A stretch of DNA of 64,000 nucleotides. Origin: a candidate division FCPU426 bacterium (GTDB lineage Bacteria; Oederibacteriota; Muellerivitia; Muellerivitales; Muellerivitaceae). The stretch is from positions 1,408,001 through 1,472,000 of the forward strand of contig CAWCKJ010000004.1 of assembly GCA_963796105.1 (NCBI GenBank), written 5' to 3'. This document shows positions 8,817-18,659 of the stretch, one piece after another. Under the pieces are notes generated by a model. The model did not search any database, had not been told where the DNA came from, and worked only from the letters and a program-made list of their open reading frames with translations. Every line of letters begins with the position of its first letter. Positions within the stretch are counted from its first letter, which is position 1. A program made the position numbers and the translations under genes.

Positions 8817-9944
8817 TTATGGGTTTACAGTCGTGACGAAGGATTCCTTGCCCTTTTCGATTTTCAAGACCACAGCCGATTTCACCGCGTCGCGGTTCTC
8901 GTTCAGGCTGATGTTGCCTGTCACGCCGGGAAAGTTCTTGGTGGCCGCGATAGCGTCCCTAATATCCTGGGAGCCGAGGCTCTTGGCGGTCTTCAGGGCC
9001 GCCGCAAGGACTTCTACCGCGTCATAGCCCAAAGTGGCCAGGGCGTCGGGGATGTGGCCGAATCGGGTCTTGTAGTTGTTCACGAAATCAACCACCTTGG
9101 GGTCGGTTGACATGGATGAGAAGTGGGTGGAGAAATAACAGCCTTCCAGGGCGGTTCCGCCGATCTCAAAAAGCTTGCTGGATTCCCAGCCGTCGCCGCC
9201 CAAGAGGGGAATCTTCAATCCCAGCTCGCGGGCCTGCTTGGCGATAAGGCCCACCTCGGTGTAGTAACCAGGCACGAAAATGACGTCCGGCTTCACTTCC
9301 CGGATGCTGGTCAATTGCGACTTGAAATCGATGTCGCCCTGGACGTAACTCTGGTCTATGACAATGGTCCCGCCCTTTTCCTTAAACCTTTTGATGAAGT
9401 AGTCCGCCAGGCCCATGCTGTAGTCGGATTTCTGGTCGCGGAAAATGGCCGCCGTCTTGGCCTTGAGGTGGTCGAGGGAGAAATCAGCCATGACCTGTCC
9501 CTGGAAGGGGTCGATGAAACAGACGCGGAAGATATAGTCACCCTGCTGGGTGACTTTGGGGTTGGTGGAGGAGGGGGAGATCATGGGGGTCTTGCGGTCC
9601 TGGCAGATGGGCGCCGCCGCGAGGGAGAGGGAACTGGCGACTTCCCCGATGACCACTTGGACCTGGTCCTGGGTGATGAGCTTGGTGACCGCTACCGCGG
9701 CTTGCTCTGGTTTACCCTGGTCGTCCAGGGTGGTGACGACGAGTTTTTTGCCGTTGATGCCCCCTGCCGCGTTGATCTCATCCGAGGCGAGGAGTACGCC
9801 CTCGTGGTTGGACTGGCCGAAAGTGGCCTGGCCCCCCGTGAGGGAGGCGAACTCCCCGATCCGGATCTCGTTGGGATTGATCTTTGGCCCGCAGGAAAGG
9901 CTGAGAATTCCGAGAAAGGCTAAAGCTACGATTAAATGACGCAT
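8817..9944 (-). CDS. Branched-chain amino acid ABC transporter substrate-binding lipoprotein (LivJ/LivK-like)
   Basis: LSC lipobox; GGINGKKL...DDQG, FRVCFIDPFQG, GGDGW; AAGGAG RBS before ATG 9944. Confidence 0.9.
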   Translation of the reverse strand: MRHLIVALAFLGILSLSCGPKINPNEIRIGEFASLTGGQATFGQSNHEGVLLASDEINAAGGINGKKLVVTTLDDQGKPEQAAVAVTKLITQDQVQVVIGEVASSLSLAAAPICQDRKTPMISPSSTNPKVTQQGDYIFRVCFIDPFQGQVMADFSLDHLKAKTAAIFRDQKSDYSMGLADYFIKRFKEKGGTIVIDQSYVQGDIDFKSQLTSIREVKPDVIFVPGYYTEVGLIAKQARELGLKIPLLGGDGWESSKLFEIGGTALEGCYFSTHFSSMSTDPKVVDFVNNYKTRFGHIPDALATLGYDAVEVLAAALKTAKSLGSQDIRDAIAATKNFPGVTGNISLNENRDAVKSAVVLKIEKGKESFVTTVNP

Positions 9945-10098
9945 GTTGGACTCCTTCATGACTTATGGGTGGGTTGAAACGTGGGTTAGGATAGGCAAGA
10001 GGCGGGAGCGCGTCAAGAACGTGGAACGTATGCCCGCGCAAGGAATTGCGGGGTTTTACTACATTTTGTAATGGCTTGGCCTTGATATAATCCCACCC

Positions 10099-12039
10099 AT
10101 GAATTCAAGCTTGCTAAGCGACACCCTGGAAACCTCCCGAAATAAACAGCGATTAAGCTGGTCCAATCCCTGGGCCTATGCCCTGGCCTGTTGTTTCCTT
10201 TTGCTCATTCTATTTGGGGCTCACCGGATCAACGACACCGACATGGGGTTCCACTTGAGAACCGGCCAGTGGATCCTGGAAAACCATTGGGTGCCCACCC
10301 AGGAACCTTTCGCCTATACCGTTCCAGGTCATGAGTACCTGGACATGGAATGGCTTTACCAGGTCCCGCTTTACCTTCTATATGTAATGGGGGGATACAC
10401 CCTGATCTCCCTCGCCCATATCACGCTGATAGTCCTGGCCTTTTTCCTCTTATTCCGGCGTCTTCGGATAACCGGAGCTTCCTTATGGCTGTGCGCCTTC
10501 CTGATGGCGGCGGCGGTGATGGCTTCCGAGATCCGTTGCCGGGTGAGGCCTGAAGTCCTCAGCTGGGTCCTCATGGGGTTGATGCTCTGGGTGCTGGAAT
10601 CCAGGAATAGAAAAAAGGGGGATCTGCTTTTTTGGCTTCCTTTCATCCAATGGCTTTGGGTCAATACCGAAGGCCTTTTCGGCCTCGGTCTTGGTTTGAT
10701 GGGTTTCTACTGGATATCCAACCTGGTACACACTCACAAGAATGACTCGAAACTCTTGAAATATTTCGGGCTGTCCCTGGGCGCCTGCCTTTTGAATCCC
10801 TATTTCATCAGGGGCTTTTTGTTTCCCCTGAGCCTTTTGTCCAAGCTAAGTCAGTCCAATTCCAACATCTTCAAGTACGCTGTAAAGGAATTCCAACCGC
10901 CCTGGGCCCTGTCCTATCCCAATGATTTTCTTCCGCCGGCCTATCTTTTGACTTACAAGATTTTCTGCGTCATTTTCCTGCTTTTGCTCTTGGCCACATT
11001 CCGAAAGAGGAAAACCCACGAATGGCTGATGGCCCTCGTGTTTCTTGCGTTTTCCGTGTCGGCCCTGCGCAACATTCCCCTCCTCCTATTGGCTTGCGCG
11101 CCTATCGCCGCCTCCTGTTGGTTGAATTTGAATTGGAAATGGGTTGGGCGGCTTCAGGACAAGGTTTTTTCCAAATCTTTTTGTGCCTGGGTTTTGACGC
11201 TTTTTCTTTTGGGTTTTTCTCTGAGGATGGTGACGAACGCCCATTATGTCTCCCGCCGGCTGGCGGACCGGATGGGCATTGGATTGGATGAGGATACCCT
11301 GCCGGTAAAGGCCTGCGAGTTCCTGGTCCAAAACCATCTGGATGGGAGGGTCGTCAACACGCTGGACGAGGGGGATTGGCTGGATTGGAAGGGACCCCAG
11401 AAAACTTTCATCGACGGCAGGCTGGAGGCCATGGGTGAGGAATTTTTCACCGAGTACACGCAATCCATGTCGCCAGGGGCACTCAAGCTGATGATGGACA
11501 AGTATCGGCCGGACATCGTCTTCTTCCATCCTCTCCACGCGCCCCAGTGGGTATTCGAGATGAAAAACATGGCGGGCTGGCGCCTGGTATATACGGACAG
11601 CCACGCCGCGGTTTATTTGAGGCAGGGCTACGCGGACAATATCCCGGCTCTGGATTTCGACCAGATTCTTTCGGAATGGGGGGTGGACAAGGCCGTCCTT
11701 GGGGAAGCGGACAGCCTGCTTCAGACTTCCCACCCGCCTTCGTGGGTCCGCTTTTTGGAGGGCTTCGTGGTGCCGGCGGTTTATCCGAACGACCTCCAGA
11801 ACCTGGGGATTTTCTGCGCCCGAAACGACCGCTTGAAGGAAGGCAAATGTTTTTTCCTGGAGGCCATCCGAAGGACCCATGGATGGTATTGCGATTTTTA
11901 TTTCAACCTGGGAAGCATGGATTATTACCTCACCCAAAGGTACCAGGAGGCCCTGACCTGCATGCAAAGGGTCCTGGAGGACCAGCCCAATAACCAATTC
12001 GCGAATAAGGTGGTCCAGGACATCTCGAAGCTTCATTGA
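10099..12039 (+). CDS. Polytopic membrane protein, putative GT-C-fold glycosyltransferase, with C-terminal TPR
   Basis: D.GFHL.TG.WI...EWLYQ, RP, LNPY, EFQPP, FIDGRLE motifs; many TM segments. Confidence 0.6.
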   Translation: MNSSLLSDTLETSRNKQRLSWSNPWAYALACCFLLLILFGAHRINDTDMGFHLRTGQWILENHWVPTQEPFAYTVPGHEYLDMEWLYQVPLYLLYVMGGYTLISLAHITLIVLAFFLLFRRLRITGASLWLCAFLMAAAVMASEIRCRVRPEVLSWVLMGLMLWVLESRNRKKGDLLFWLPFIQWLWVNTEGLFGLGLGLMGFYWISNLVHTHKNDSKLLKYFGLSLGACLLNPYFIRGFLFPLSLLSKLSQSNSNIFKYAVKEFQPPWALSYPNDFLPPAYLLTYKIFCVIFLLLLLATFRKRKTHEWLMALVFLAFSVSALRNIPLLLLACAPIAASCWLNLNWKWVGRLQDKVFSKSFCAWVLTLFLLGFSLRMVTNAHYVSRRLADRMGIGLDEDTLPVKACEFLVQNHLDGRVVNTLDEGDWLDWKGPQKTFIDGRLEAMGEEFFTEYTQSMSPGALKLMMDKYRPDIVFFHPLHAPQWVFEMKNMAGWRLVYTDSHAAVYLRQGYADNIPALDFDQILSEWGVDKAVLGEADSLLQTSHPPSWVRFLEGFVVPAVYPNDLQNLGIFCARNDRLKEGKCFFLEAIRRTHGWYCDFYFNLGSMDYYLTQRYQEALTCMQRVLEDQPNNQFANKVVQDISKLH

Positions 12040-12055
12040 ATAGAAAACATAATTT

Positions 12056-12080
12056 AACCACAGGTTCCTTCGGAACCACA
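12056..12080 (+). repeat. Variable-stem REP-like element
   Basis: AACCACA-GGTTCC-TTC-GGAACC-ACA; related to 50349, 50541, 59518. Confidence 0.5.
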
Positions 12081-12222
12081 TACCAGCCTTCTAAAAAAAT
12101 TTCAATGTGGCTGGCATAGTACCGATTGTCATAATTGTTTTATGGAAAATCGGCACAATGGCACAGTGAGAAAAAGGCTGATTTTTTACCGTTTAAGATC
12201 TATGCATGTAAAATGTTTTTTG

Positions 12223-12284
12223 ACTCAACTTTGGCAAATTTGCGGGACACATGACTCGTCTTTCAAGATTTGCCAAAGTTGAGT
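12223..12284. repeat. Perfect 17-bp inverted repeat with 28-bp spacer
   Basis: ACTCAACTTTGGCAAAT / ATTTGCCAAAGTTGAGT. Confidence 0.8.
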
Positions 12285-12435
12285 AGATAAATAATTTGTT
12301 CTTTTAACTGTGTCTCTGTGTCGCTGTCCCACAATCCAATTTAAGATTGGGAAATGCGGGACTATACCGACCCCCTTGTTTTCTTTATTGAAGGTCGGCA
12401 TGTGGTGAAATATTGTTAGGCCTTAAAGGGTAAAC

Positions 12436-15291
12436 ATGAAATTATTTCAATTGGTGAAAAGAAAGCCTTTCCTTCTGGGCCTGCTTTCCTTGCTATGCGT
12501 CTCCTCGGTCCTTTGTTTTTATTACTTAAAAACCCATCCCAGGGGATTCGACATGGACCGGGACGAGGACGGCGAGAAGGAAGTGCATCCCAGGGTTTTG
12601 CAGGAATGGTTCAACCGGGGCAGGAAAAGCCCGGATGGCCGTCCCTCCGCGGCCCACCGGATGGAAGCCAAACGAAGAGCCTCCGCCCTTCCCCTGGCCC
12701 GGCCAGGAAACCAAGCGCTTCAGTCCAGGCTCCGCCCCGGGTTCGGAATTCCCCGAGATAACCCTCCCTGCGATTGGACCGAGATGGGTCCCTCCCCCGA
12801 AAATGACTCGGTGGATTTCCTGACTTCCTATGTCTATGGCAACGTCTCTGGCCGGATCACCAGCCTTGCCCTGGACCTTGCGAATGACAACACCGGAAAC
12901 ACCCTCTATGTGGGTTCGGCCTACGGGGGCGTTTGGAAAACCACCAACGGCCTCAACGGCTCACCTACATTCACTCCCATCAGCGACCCGACCCAAAGCC
13001 TGGCGATGGGGTCTTTGGCCCTGGACACCAGCGTGAACCCGCCCATTATTTACGTCGGGTCGGGTGAGCTGAACATGGCGGGGGATTCCTATTACGGGAC
13101 CGGAATATTAAAGACCACCAATGATGGGGCCTCCTGGACTCTTGCTGGTTCCGCCAACGGCGGGACGCTTTCTTTCATGGGCCTGGCCTTCTCCAAGCTT
13201 TTGGTGGATCCATCCAGCCCCTCCACGGTTTTGGCGGCGGCTGGTTTCGCCTGTTGTCACCCCGGTATCACCAACCTGAACCAGGGTCTTTACCGATCCA
13301 CCGACCAGGGAAACACTTGGACCCAGGTCTCCGCGGTCAACGGAACGGGACAAGCCATCGCTGGCCATTCCTTTACGGACATTATTTATGACGGGAGCGC
13401 GACTTTTTACGCGGCCGTAAGGTTCCAAGGGGTTTACGCCTCCACGGACCATGGAAACAGCTGGACCCAACTGCCTTCCCCCTTCCCCAGCGGAACTGCG
13501 CCGACTTCCGGGGGCGGAAGCAATTTCGCCCGGGCCACCCTGGCTTTCCGGGGAGGAACCCTTTGGTGCCTGGCCACCGACGCGAATGAGGGACCCTCAA
13601 TTCCGGTGAATGGAACGGATACAGGTCTTTCCCAGTCTGCGGATGGCGGTCACACCTGGACAGCCGTGAACCTTCCGGCCAATATTTTTGGAAGCGGCTC
13701 TGATGTCCAAGGAAACTATGATCAATATGTCGCGGCTCCGCCAAGTTCCACTGCTCTCTTAGTGGCCGGCATCGACTTATATGAAGCATCTACGGTCAAT
13801 GGTAAAAACACCTCCTGGACCAACCAGACGAACGCCTATTCAAGCACTCCCAAGAGCCACCCGGACCAGCACGCCGTCGCGTTTATGAATGCCAGCACCT
13901 GGTATATCGGAAACGACGGGGGTGTCTGGGCTACCCAGAACTCTGGCTCGCAATTCACCAATAAGAACACCAACCTGGGGACCATCCAGTTTTACAGCGT
14001 GAGCCCCGATCCCTCTGGTTTCGGTAAATTCATCGGCGGGTCCCAGGACAACGGCACAGCCGCCAACCACGGCAACGCCGGTTCCACCTGGACCCTTTAT
14101 TACGGCGGGGATGGAGGTTATACCGACGCCAATCCGGCCATGCTGGGACAGTTTTATTCGGAGAATTTCGGAATCGGTCTATTCCGTTCGGATAATTACG
14201 GCGCGGATTTCTTCACCCATGTTGTGGTTGACTCAAATTATGGCGCCATCTCAGGAGATGACGCTGGCATTCTAGTGCCTTACCAAGTACTGCCTAGCAA
14301 TCCCGCGACAGTGGTTCTGGGAACCTCCAGGGTTTGGGAGGGTCCCGGCAAACCCTCGGGGGATGGCTCCGGATGGGGCCCTATCAGCCCCTATTTGATT
14401 GGGAACGGCGCTTTCCAATATATCCTGGCTCTCGCCGTGGCTCCCAGCAACACAAGTTATATTTACGCCACCACCTCGGATGACAACGCGGGAAGCTACC
14501 AAGTATTCACCAACTCAGGCGGGAGCAATTGGACCAACGTTTCCACAGGTCTTCCCTCAGGGAACCCCATCGCGGGGATCGCGGTGGATCCCGGCAATCC
14601 GGCCATCGCCTATGCGGGCATCCAGGGTTTCGTGGGATCGACGGGATCTGGCCATATATTCCAAACCACCAACGGGGGAGGGAGTTGGACCGACATCACA
14701 GGCACCCTTCCTGACGCCCCGGTGAACTGGCTCCTGGTGGACCCACTCTTCCCGGGTGATCTATACGCCGCCACGGACGTCGGGGTATTTTCGACCCAGG
14801 CCGTGAACGGCGCCTCCACCAGCTGGTCCAGGATGGGATCAGCCCTTCCCGACAGCGTCATCCTGCAGATCAAGATGTCCGTAACCTGCCCGCGGCAGAT
14901 CGTGGCCACCACCCACGGACGGGGAGCCTGGGCCATCTGCCCCCTGGACACATCCTGTCCGCCCTCGCCTACACCCACCTATACACCGGTTTATGTTCCT
15001 TCCACCTCATTCAACGTCCAGGCATTGCCCAACAAGACTGACGGCCAGATCCCTGTCAGTTTCGCCGTAAACCTTCCCAGTTCGATGGATATCCAACTGA
15101 AGGTTTATGACCTAGTGGGAGAGTTGGTGTTCTCCAAGACCGTTCACGGGACAACCGGTTCCAATTCAATCTTGTGGCCCCCGAAAAACCAGGGCGGTAC
15201 GCCCCTGGCAAGCGGGCTTTATATCTATTTCGTGGAGGGAGGCGGCTCCTCCAACTTCCGCAAATCAGGCAAAATCGCCGTAGTTCGGTAG
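12436..15291 (+). CDS. Secreted BNR/Asp-box beta-propeller protein (sortilin/GH74-like) with T9SS/FlgD-like C-terminal domain
   Basis: Repeated S/T.D.G..W boxes, HPDQH, GGSQDNG, ATTHGRGAW; PT linker then VYDLVGELV...LASGLYIY. Confidence 0.8.
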   Translation: MKLFQLVKRKPFLLGLLSLLCVSSVLCFYYLKTHPRGFDMDRDEDGEKEVHPRVLQEWFNRGRKSPDGRPSAAHRMEAKRRASALPLARPGNQALQSRLRPGFGIPRDNPPCDWTEMGPSPENDSVDFLTSYVYGNVSGRITSLALDLANDNTGNTLYVGSAYGGVWKTTNGLNGSPTFTPISDPTQSLAMGSLALDTSVNPPIIYVGSGELNMAGDSYYGTGILKTTNDGASWTLAGSANGGTLSFMGLAFSKLLVDPSSPSTVLAAAGFACCHPGITNLNQGLYRSTDQGNTWTQVSAVNGTGQAIAGHSFTDIIYDGSATFYAAVRFQGVYASTDHGNSWTQLPSPFPSGTAPTSGGGSNFARATLAFRGGTLWCLATDANEGPSIPVNGTDTGLSQSADGGHTWTAVNLPANIFGSGSDVQGNYDQYVAAPPSSTALLVAGIDLYEASTVNGKNTSWTNQTNAYSSTPKSHPDQHAVAFMNASTWYIGNDGGVWATQNSGSQFTNKNTNLGTIQFYSVSPDPSGFGKFIGGSQDNGTAANHGNAGSTWTLYYGGDGGYTDANPAMLGQFYSENFGIGLFRSDNYGADFFTHVVVDSNYGAISGDDAGILVPYQVLPSNPATVVLGTSRVWEGPGKPSGDGSGWGPISPYLIGNGAFQYILALAVAPSNTSYIYATTSDDNAGSYQVFTNSGGSNWTNVSTGLPSGNPIAGIAVDPGNPAIAYAGIQGFVGSTGSGHIFQTTNGGGSWTDITGTLPDAPVNWLLVDPLFPGDLYAATDVGVFSTQAVNGASTSWSRMGSALPDSVILQIKMSVTCPRQIVATTHGRGAWAICPLDTSCPPSPTPTYTPVYVPSTSFNVQALPNKTDGQIPVSFAVNLPSSMDIQLKVYDLVGELVFSKTVHGTTGSNSILWPPKNQGGTPLASGLYIYFVEGGGSSNFRKSGKIAVVR

Positions 15292-15391
15292 TTTGGTTTT
15301 CAATAACCGACTAAAAGAATTAACATATAAAATCTTTCTGGGGAGAGAGGTTTGGATAAAGCTTTATATTCCCCTTAAAAGGTGCCGGATC

Positions 15392-17419
15392 ATGAAAAAG
15401 CTTGTATATCTTTGGATTTCCTTTTTATTAATGGGTTTGGCTTACGCGCAAAACGCTCAACCCGTTCCAACCGCAGATAACTCCGCTCCCGCGATACCAG
15501 AAGCTTCACCCACCCCGCCGCCCTTCGTGCCAATCAACCACGCGCCCGTTACTTTGGGCGAAGTGGATGTCTATGGCGAAAGGGTTGGGATCTCCAATAA
15601 GGAAATTTCTCCCGCGAACATACAAAACATCCAGGACACAGGCAACCTGGGAAAGGCCATGGATGAATTGTCCGGGTTGGAGACCCAAGGGGAAGGTGTG
15701 GGCAAGACCTGGAACACCCTAGCCATTCGGGGACAGTCCTTCAGGGAAACGGTCATCCTGGTGAATGGGGCGCGTGTTCCGGAAAGCTTCAATTTGGGAA
15801 CCCTTTCCACCGAGGATGTCCAAAAAATAGAAGTCGTTGAGGGCCCCCAGGCCCTGGCATTTGGCTCCGACGCGGTAGGAGGCGTCCTCAACATCACTAC
15901 CAGATCGGAAGCGGATAATACTTTTCATCTTCAAGCCGCCGGCGGGGATTTCAATACTTACCAGTTTCAGGGCTCCCTGCCTACCTTCCAAATCGGGGGG
16001 GTGAAAAACAATCTGAGCGGTAGCTGGTACAACAGCGACGGCTACCTTCCCCAAGATACGTGGGTCAATCCGGCGAATGGGGTCACTTACAACTTTACCA
16101 ATGAACAGCATTGGGATATCAACCACTCCGCCTCCCTGGAAATGGACAACGCCAAGCTCAACCTTTCGAGCGGATTTTTCCGGCATATCGGCAACGCGCC
16201 GGACGCCGACAACCCGGTCGCGGCCGGAACGGACCAGTATGACATGGACGGTTACCAGGATTCCTGGGGCGTGCAGTCCGTCTTGAAAAGCGAGAGCAAC
16301 TTTGGTGGAATGCAATTGGAACCCATGTTTTACGGGAACTATTCGGACGTGCTTAGATCCAACCCCATCGGCCATGATCCTACCTCGGGGCAATACGATC
16401 CCTACCACAATCAATACCTGAATTACGGAGCGCAGGTTTATTTGCGCGGGACCCAGGCGAGCACCGGGACTCAAATTTATCTCGGCCTGGAAGCGAGGGA
16501 GGAATGCCTTTGGAGCGGACTGTACGGAACCTTTTACAGGAATGAGGATTCATTGGTGGCGGGACGGACCTTGAAATTGGAAGATTCCTTGCGCCTGAGC
16601 CTGGTCAACAACCTGGATTATTATTCCTATTACAACCTGGTGGACAATCCGTCGGGTACTCTGGTCTGGGAGGCGGATAAAAACTGTCAGATGCATTTAT
16701 CCGTGGGGAAGGGTTACCAGGTTCCCACCTACGACGAGATGTATCTGCCCAACACGAATTTCAGCCTGCTTCCGCCCGCCCATTTGCAGCAGATCTATGG
16801 GTCCAAGTTCACGATCTACGCGGGGGACAAGGGTAACCCGGATTTGAAACCCGAGGAATGCCTGAACAGTGAACTGGGGATGGACCTGAAATCCGGGTCA
16901 TTCCAGTTCCAAGTAGCGGGTTTTTTCAATTATTACTTTTGTTTGATCAATCCTGAGGTGGATCCGAAAGATAATTATTGGACTTATTTCAACCTGAACG
17001 GGGCTTTTTTCGCCGGTGTCGAGGGATTGGCAAAGTACAGTTTCAGCGGCCAAGCGTCCGCATATGTTTCCGGCACTTATGTGCGCGCCGTGGACAATAA
17101 CGGCGATGATATCCAGGGCAGGCTGAGGGCCAAAGTCGTCCTAGGCTTGGATCTAAAGCCTGAGAGCCAATGGTTCTTGGACTTGAACGCCCGTTACGTG
17201 GACCGTAACCAGGTTTCCATAGTGTACTTGACGGATTTCGGAATCCAGCCGCCTCCGACGGGTTATTGGGACCTGAACGCCAAAGCCCAGTATACCGTGT
17301 CCACTCACCTCAAAGGTTTTCTGGAAGTGGAAAATATCCTCAACAGCCAGATGGCGACTTTCCAGGGAATTCTTCTGCCAGGAAGGTATTTTCAAGGCGG
17401 GCTTCAAGGTGAGTTTTAA
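15392..17419 (+). CDS. TonB-dependent receptor
   Basis: Signal peptide, plug (IRG...IEVVEGP..LAFGSDAVGGVLNI), GNPDLKPE, C-terminal PGR...F. Confidence 0.9.
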   Translation: MKKLVYLWISFLLMGLAYAQNAQPVPTADNSAPAIPEASPTPPPFVPINHAPVTLGEVDVYGERVGISNKEISPANIQNIQDTGNLGKAMDELSGLETQGEGVGKTWNTLAIRGQSFRETVILVNGARVPESFNLGTLSTEDVQKIEVVEGPQALAFGSDAVGGVLNITTRSEADNTFHLQAAGGDFNTYQFQGSLPTFQIGGVKNNLSGSWYNSDGYLPQDTWVNPANGVTYNFTNEQHWDINHSASLEMDNAKLNLSSGFFRHIGNAPDADNPVAAGTDQYDMDGYQDSWGVQSVLKSESNFGGMQLEPMFYGNYSDVLRSNPIGHDPTSGQYDPYHNQYLNYGAQVYLRGTQASTGTQIYLGLEAREECLWSGLYGTFYRNEDSLVAGRTLKLEDSLRLSLVNNLDYYSYYNLVDNPSGTLVWEADKNCQMHLSVGKGYQVPTYDEMYLPNTNFSLLPPAHLQQIYGSKFTIYAGDKGNPDLKPEECLNSELGMDLKSGSFQFQVAGFFNYYFCLINPEVDPKDNYWTYFNLNGAFFAGVEGLAKYSFSGQASAYVSGTYVRAVDNNGDDIQGRLRAKVVLGLDLKPESQWFLDLNARYVDRNQVSIVYLTDFGIQPPPTGYWDLNAKAQYTVSTHLKGFLEVENILNSQMATFQGILLPGRYFQGGLQGEF

Positions 17420-17453
17420 TCCTGATTGGGATCGAGGGTTCAGCAGAGCATTT

Positions 17454-18161
17454 TCACCACTTTAGTGGTTTGCCGTCGTTGTAAAGGAATAGGGAAGTCT
17501 GGGCTATCGTCAGGGCCTTGGCCGTTTTCACAATGGCAGCCGCTGATTCCTCCGGGGCAAGGGAAGCGTTGGGGCCTCCCATATCCGTCCGAACCCATCC
17601 CGGGTCCATGCAAACAACGATGATTCCCTCCTGTTTGAAATCGAAGGCCATGGTGCGCGTGACCATGTTCAACGCGGCTTTTGAAACTCCATAAGCGTAG
17701 AAATGTCCCTCGCTTTTTCCTGCCAGGGAAGCAAGCCCTGAAGTCGTGTTCACGACGCGCGGCTTTTTCGACTTGCGAAGAAGGGGAAGGAAGGCGCGAG
17801 TGACTCGCATGGGCCCCAGAACGTTCACCTCAAAAGCGTCCCTGCTTTTCTGGAGATCGAGTTTTTCCAGGCTCGCGTCATAGGGGGGAGGGGAGATGCC
17901 GGCGTTATTGAAGAGGATATCCAAGTAGGAGGTTTTTTGGGCTATCTCTTGGGCGGCGGCTTCCACCTGTGAGTCCGAATCCACGCCCATGGTGAGAATC
18001 TCGAGAGTGTTCGGATTTGATTTTTTCAAAGCTTGAAGTTCTGAAGCCTGCTGGGGCTGGCGGCATGCCGCGAATACCCGGTCCCCCTGACTCAGCAAAG
18101 CCTGAGTGACCGCCAGACCGATTCCTCGGTTGGCTCCTGTGACAAGGATGTTTTCGGGCAT
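17454..18161 (-). CDS. SDR family oxidoreductase (C-factor/CsgA-like)
   Basis: TGANRGIG, NNAG, YGVSK, PGWVRTDMGG; AGGAG RBS. Confidence 0.92.
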   Translation of the reverse strand: MPENILVTGANRGIGLAVTQALLSQGDRVFAACRQPQQASELQALKKSNPNTLEILTMGVDSDSQVEAAAQEIAQKTSYLDILFNNAGISPPPYDASLEKLDLQKSRDAFEVNVLGPMRVTRAFLPLLRKSKKPRVVNTTSGLASLAGKSEGHFYAYGVSKAALNMVTRTMAFDFKQEGIIVVCMDPGWVRTDMGGPNASLAPEESAAAIVKTAKALTIAQTSLFLYNDGKPLKW

Positions 18162-18659
18162 TTGTACTCCTGTTCTTTTTTCAATTTTAACTTCGGGATT
18201 TTGGGAAGCAATCAAATGGTAGCGTTTCCAGCTTGATTGTGGAAACAAAAACTTGAACTGATTTCATCTCGGAGTGTCCCGATAAAAGGGATTCTTTTCC
18301 TTTGGGGTAGTTGATGAAAGACCAAAATCCGGAAATTTTTTACCTGTGGAATAAAGACAAACCATTCTGAGCAATAGCGAACTGCTCGTCTGGCTGAAGG
18401 GATTCAAACGGACTCCGGAAAAGTAAGCCAGTTTGCCCGAATTCAAGTGCGGCGGGTTTTTCCGATGTGTCAAAATCCCCGAGAGGAAGTAACCAAAACC
18501 CGCAGCCAATGACCTTATTTGTATTAGCCCAATCCACCTGTAACCGGATGATTTAAAACCGTTTATCCTCCGGTAATTTGTTGAAGCGAATTAAGCGCCG
18601 GAGTCCATCGACCGGTTGAATAACTTGGCGTGAAGAACCACCTATGATAGGCTCAGAAC

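Noticed and set aside
15292..15391. Cobalamin riboswitch before the TonB-dependent receptor
   Set aside because: The intergenic region is only ~100 bp and no B12-box was recognised
18264..18537. Short minus-strand ORFs upstream of the SDR gene
   Set aside because: No recognisable motif or RBS; may be a remnant but cannot be supported
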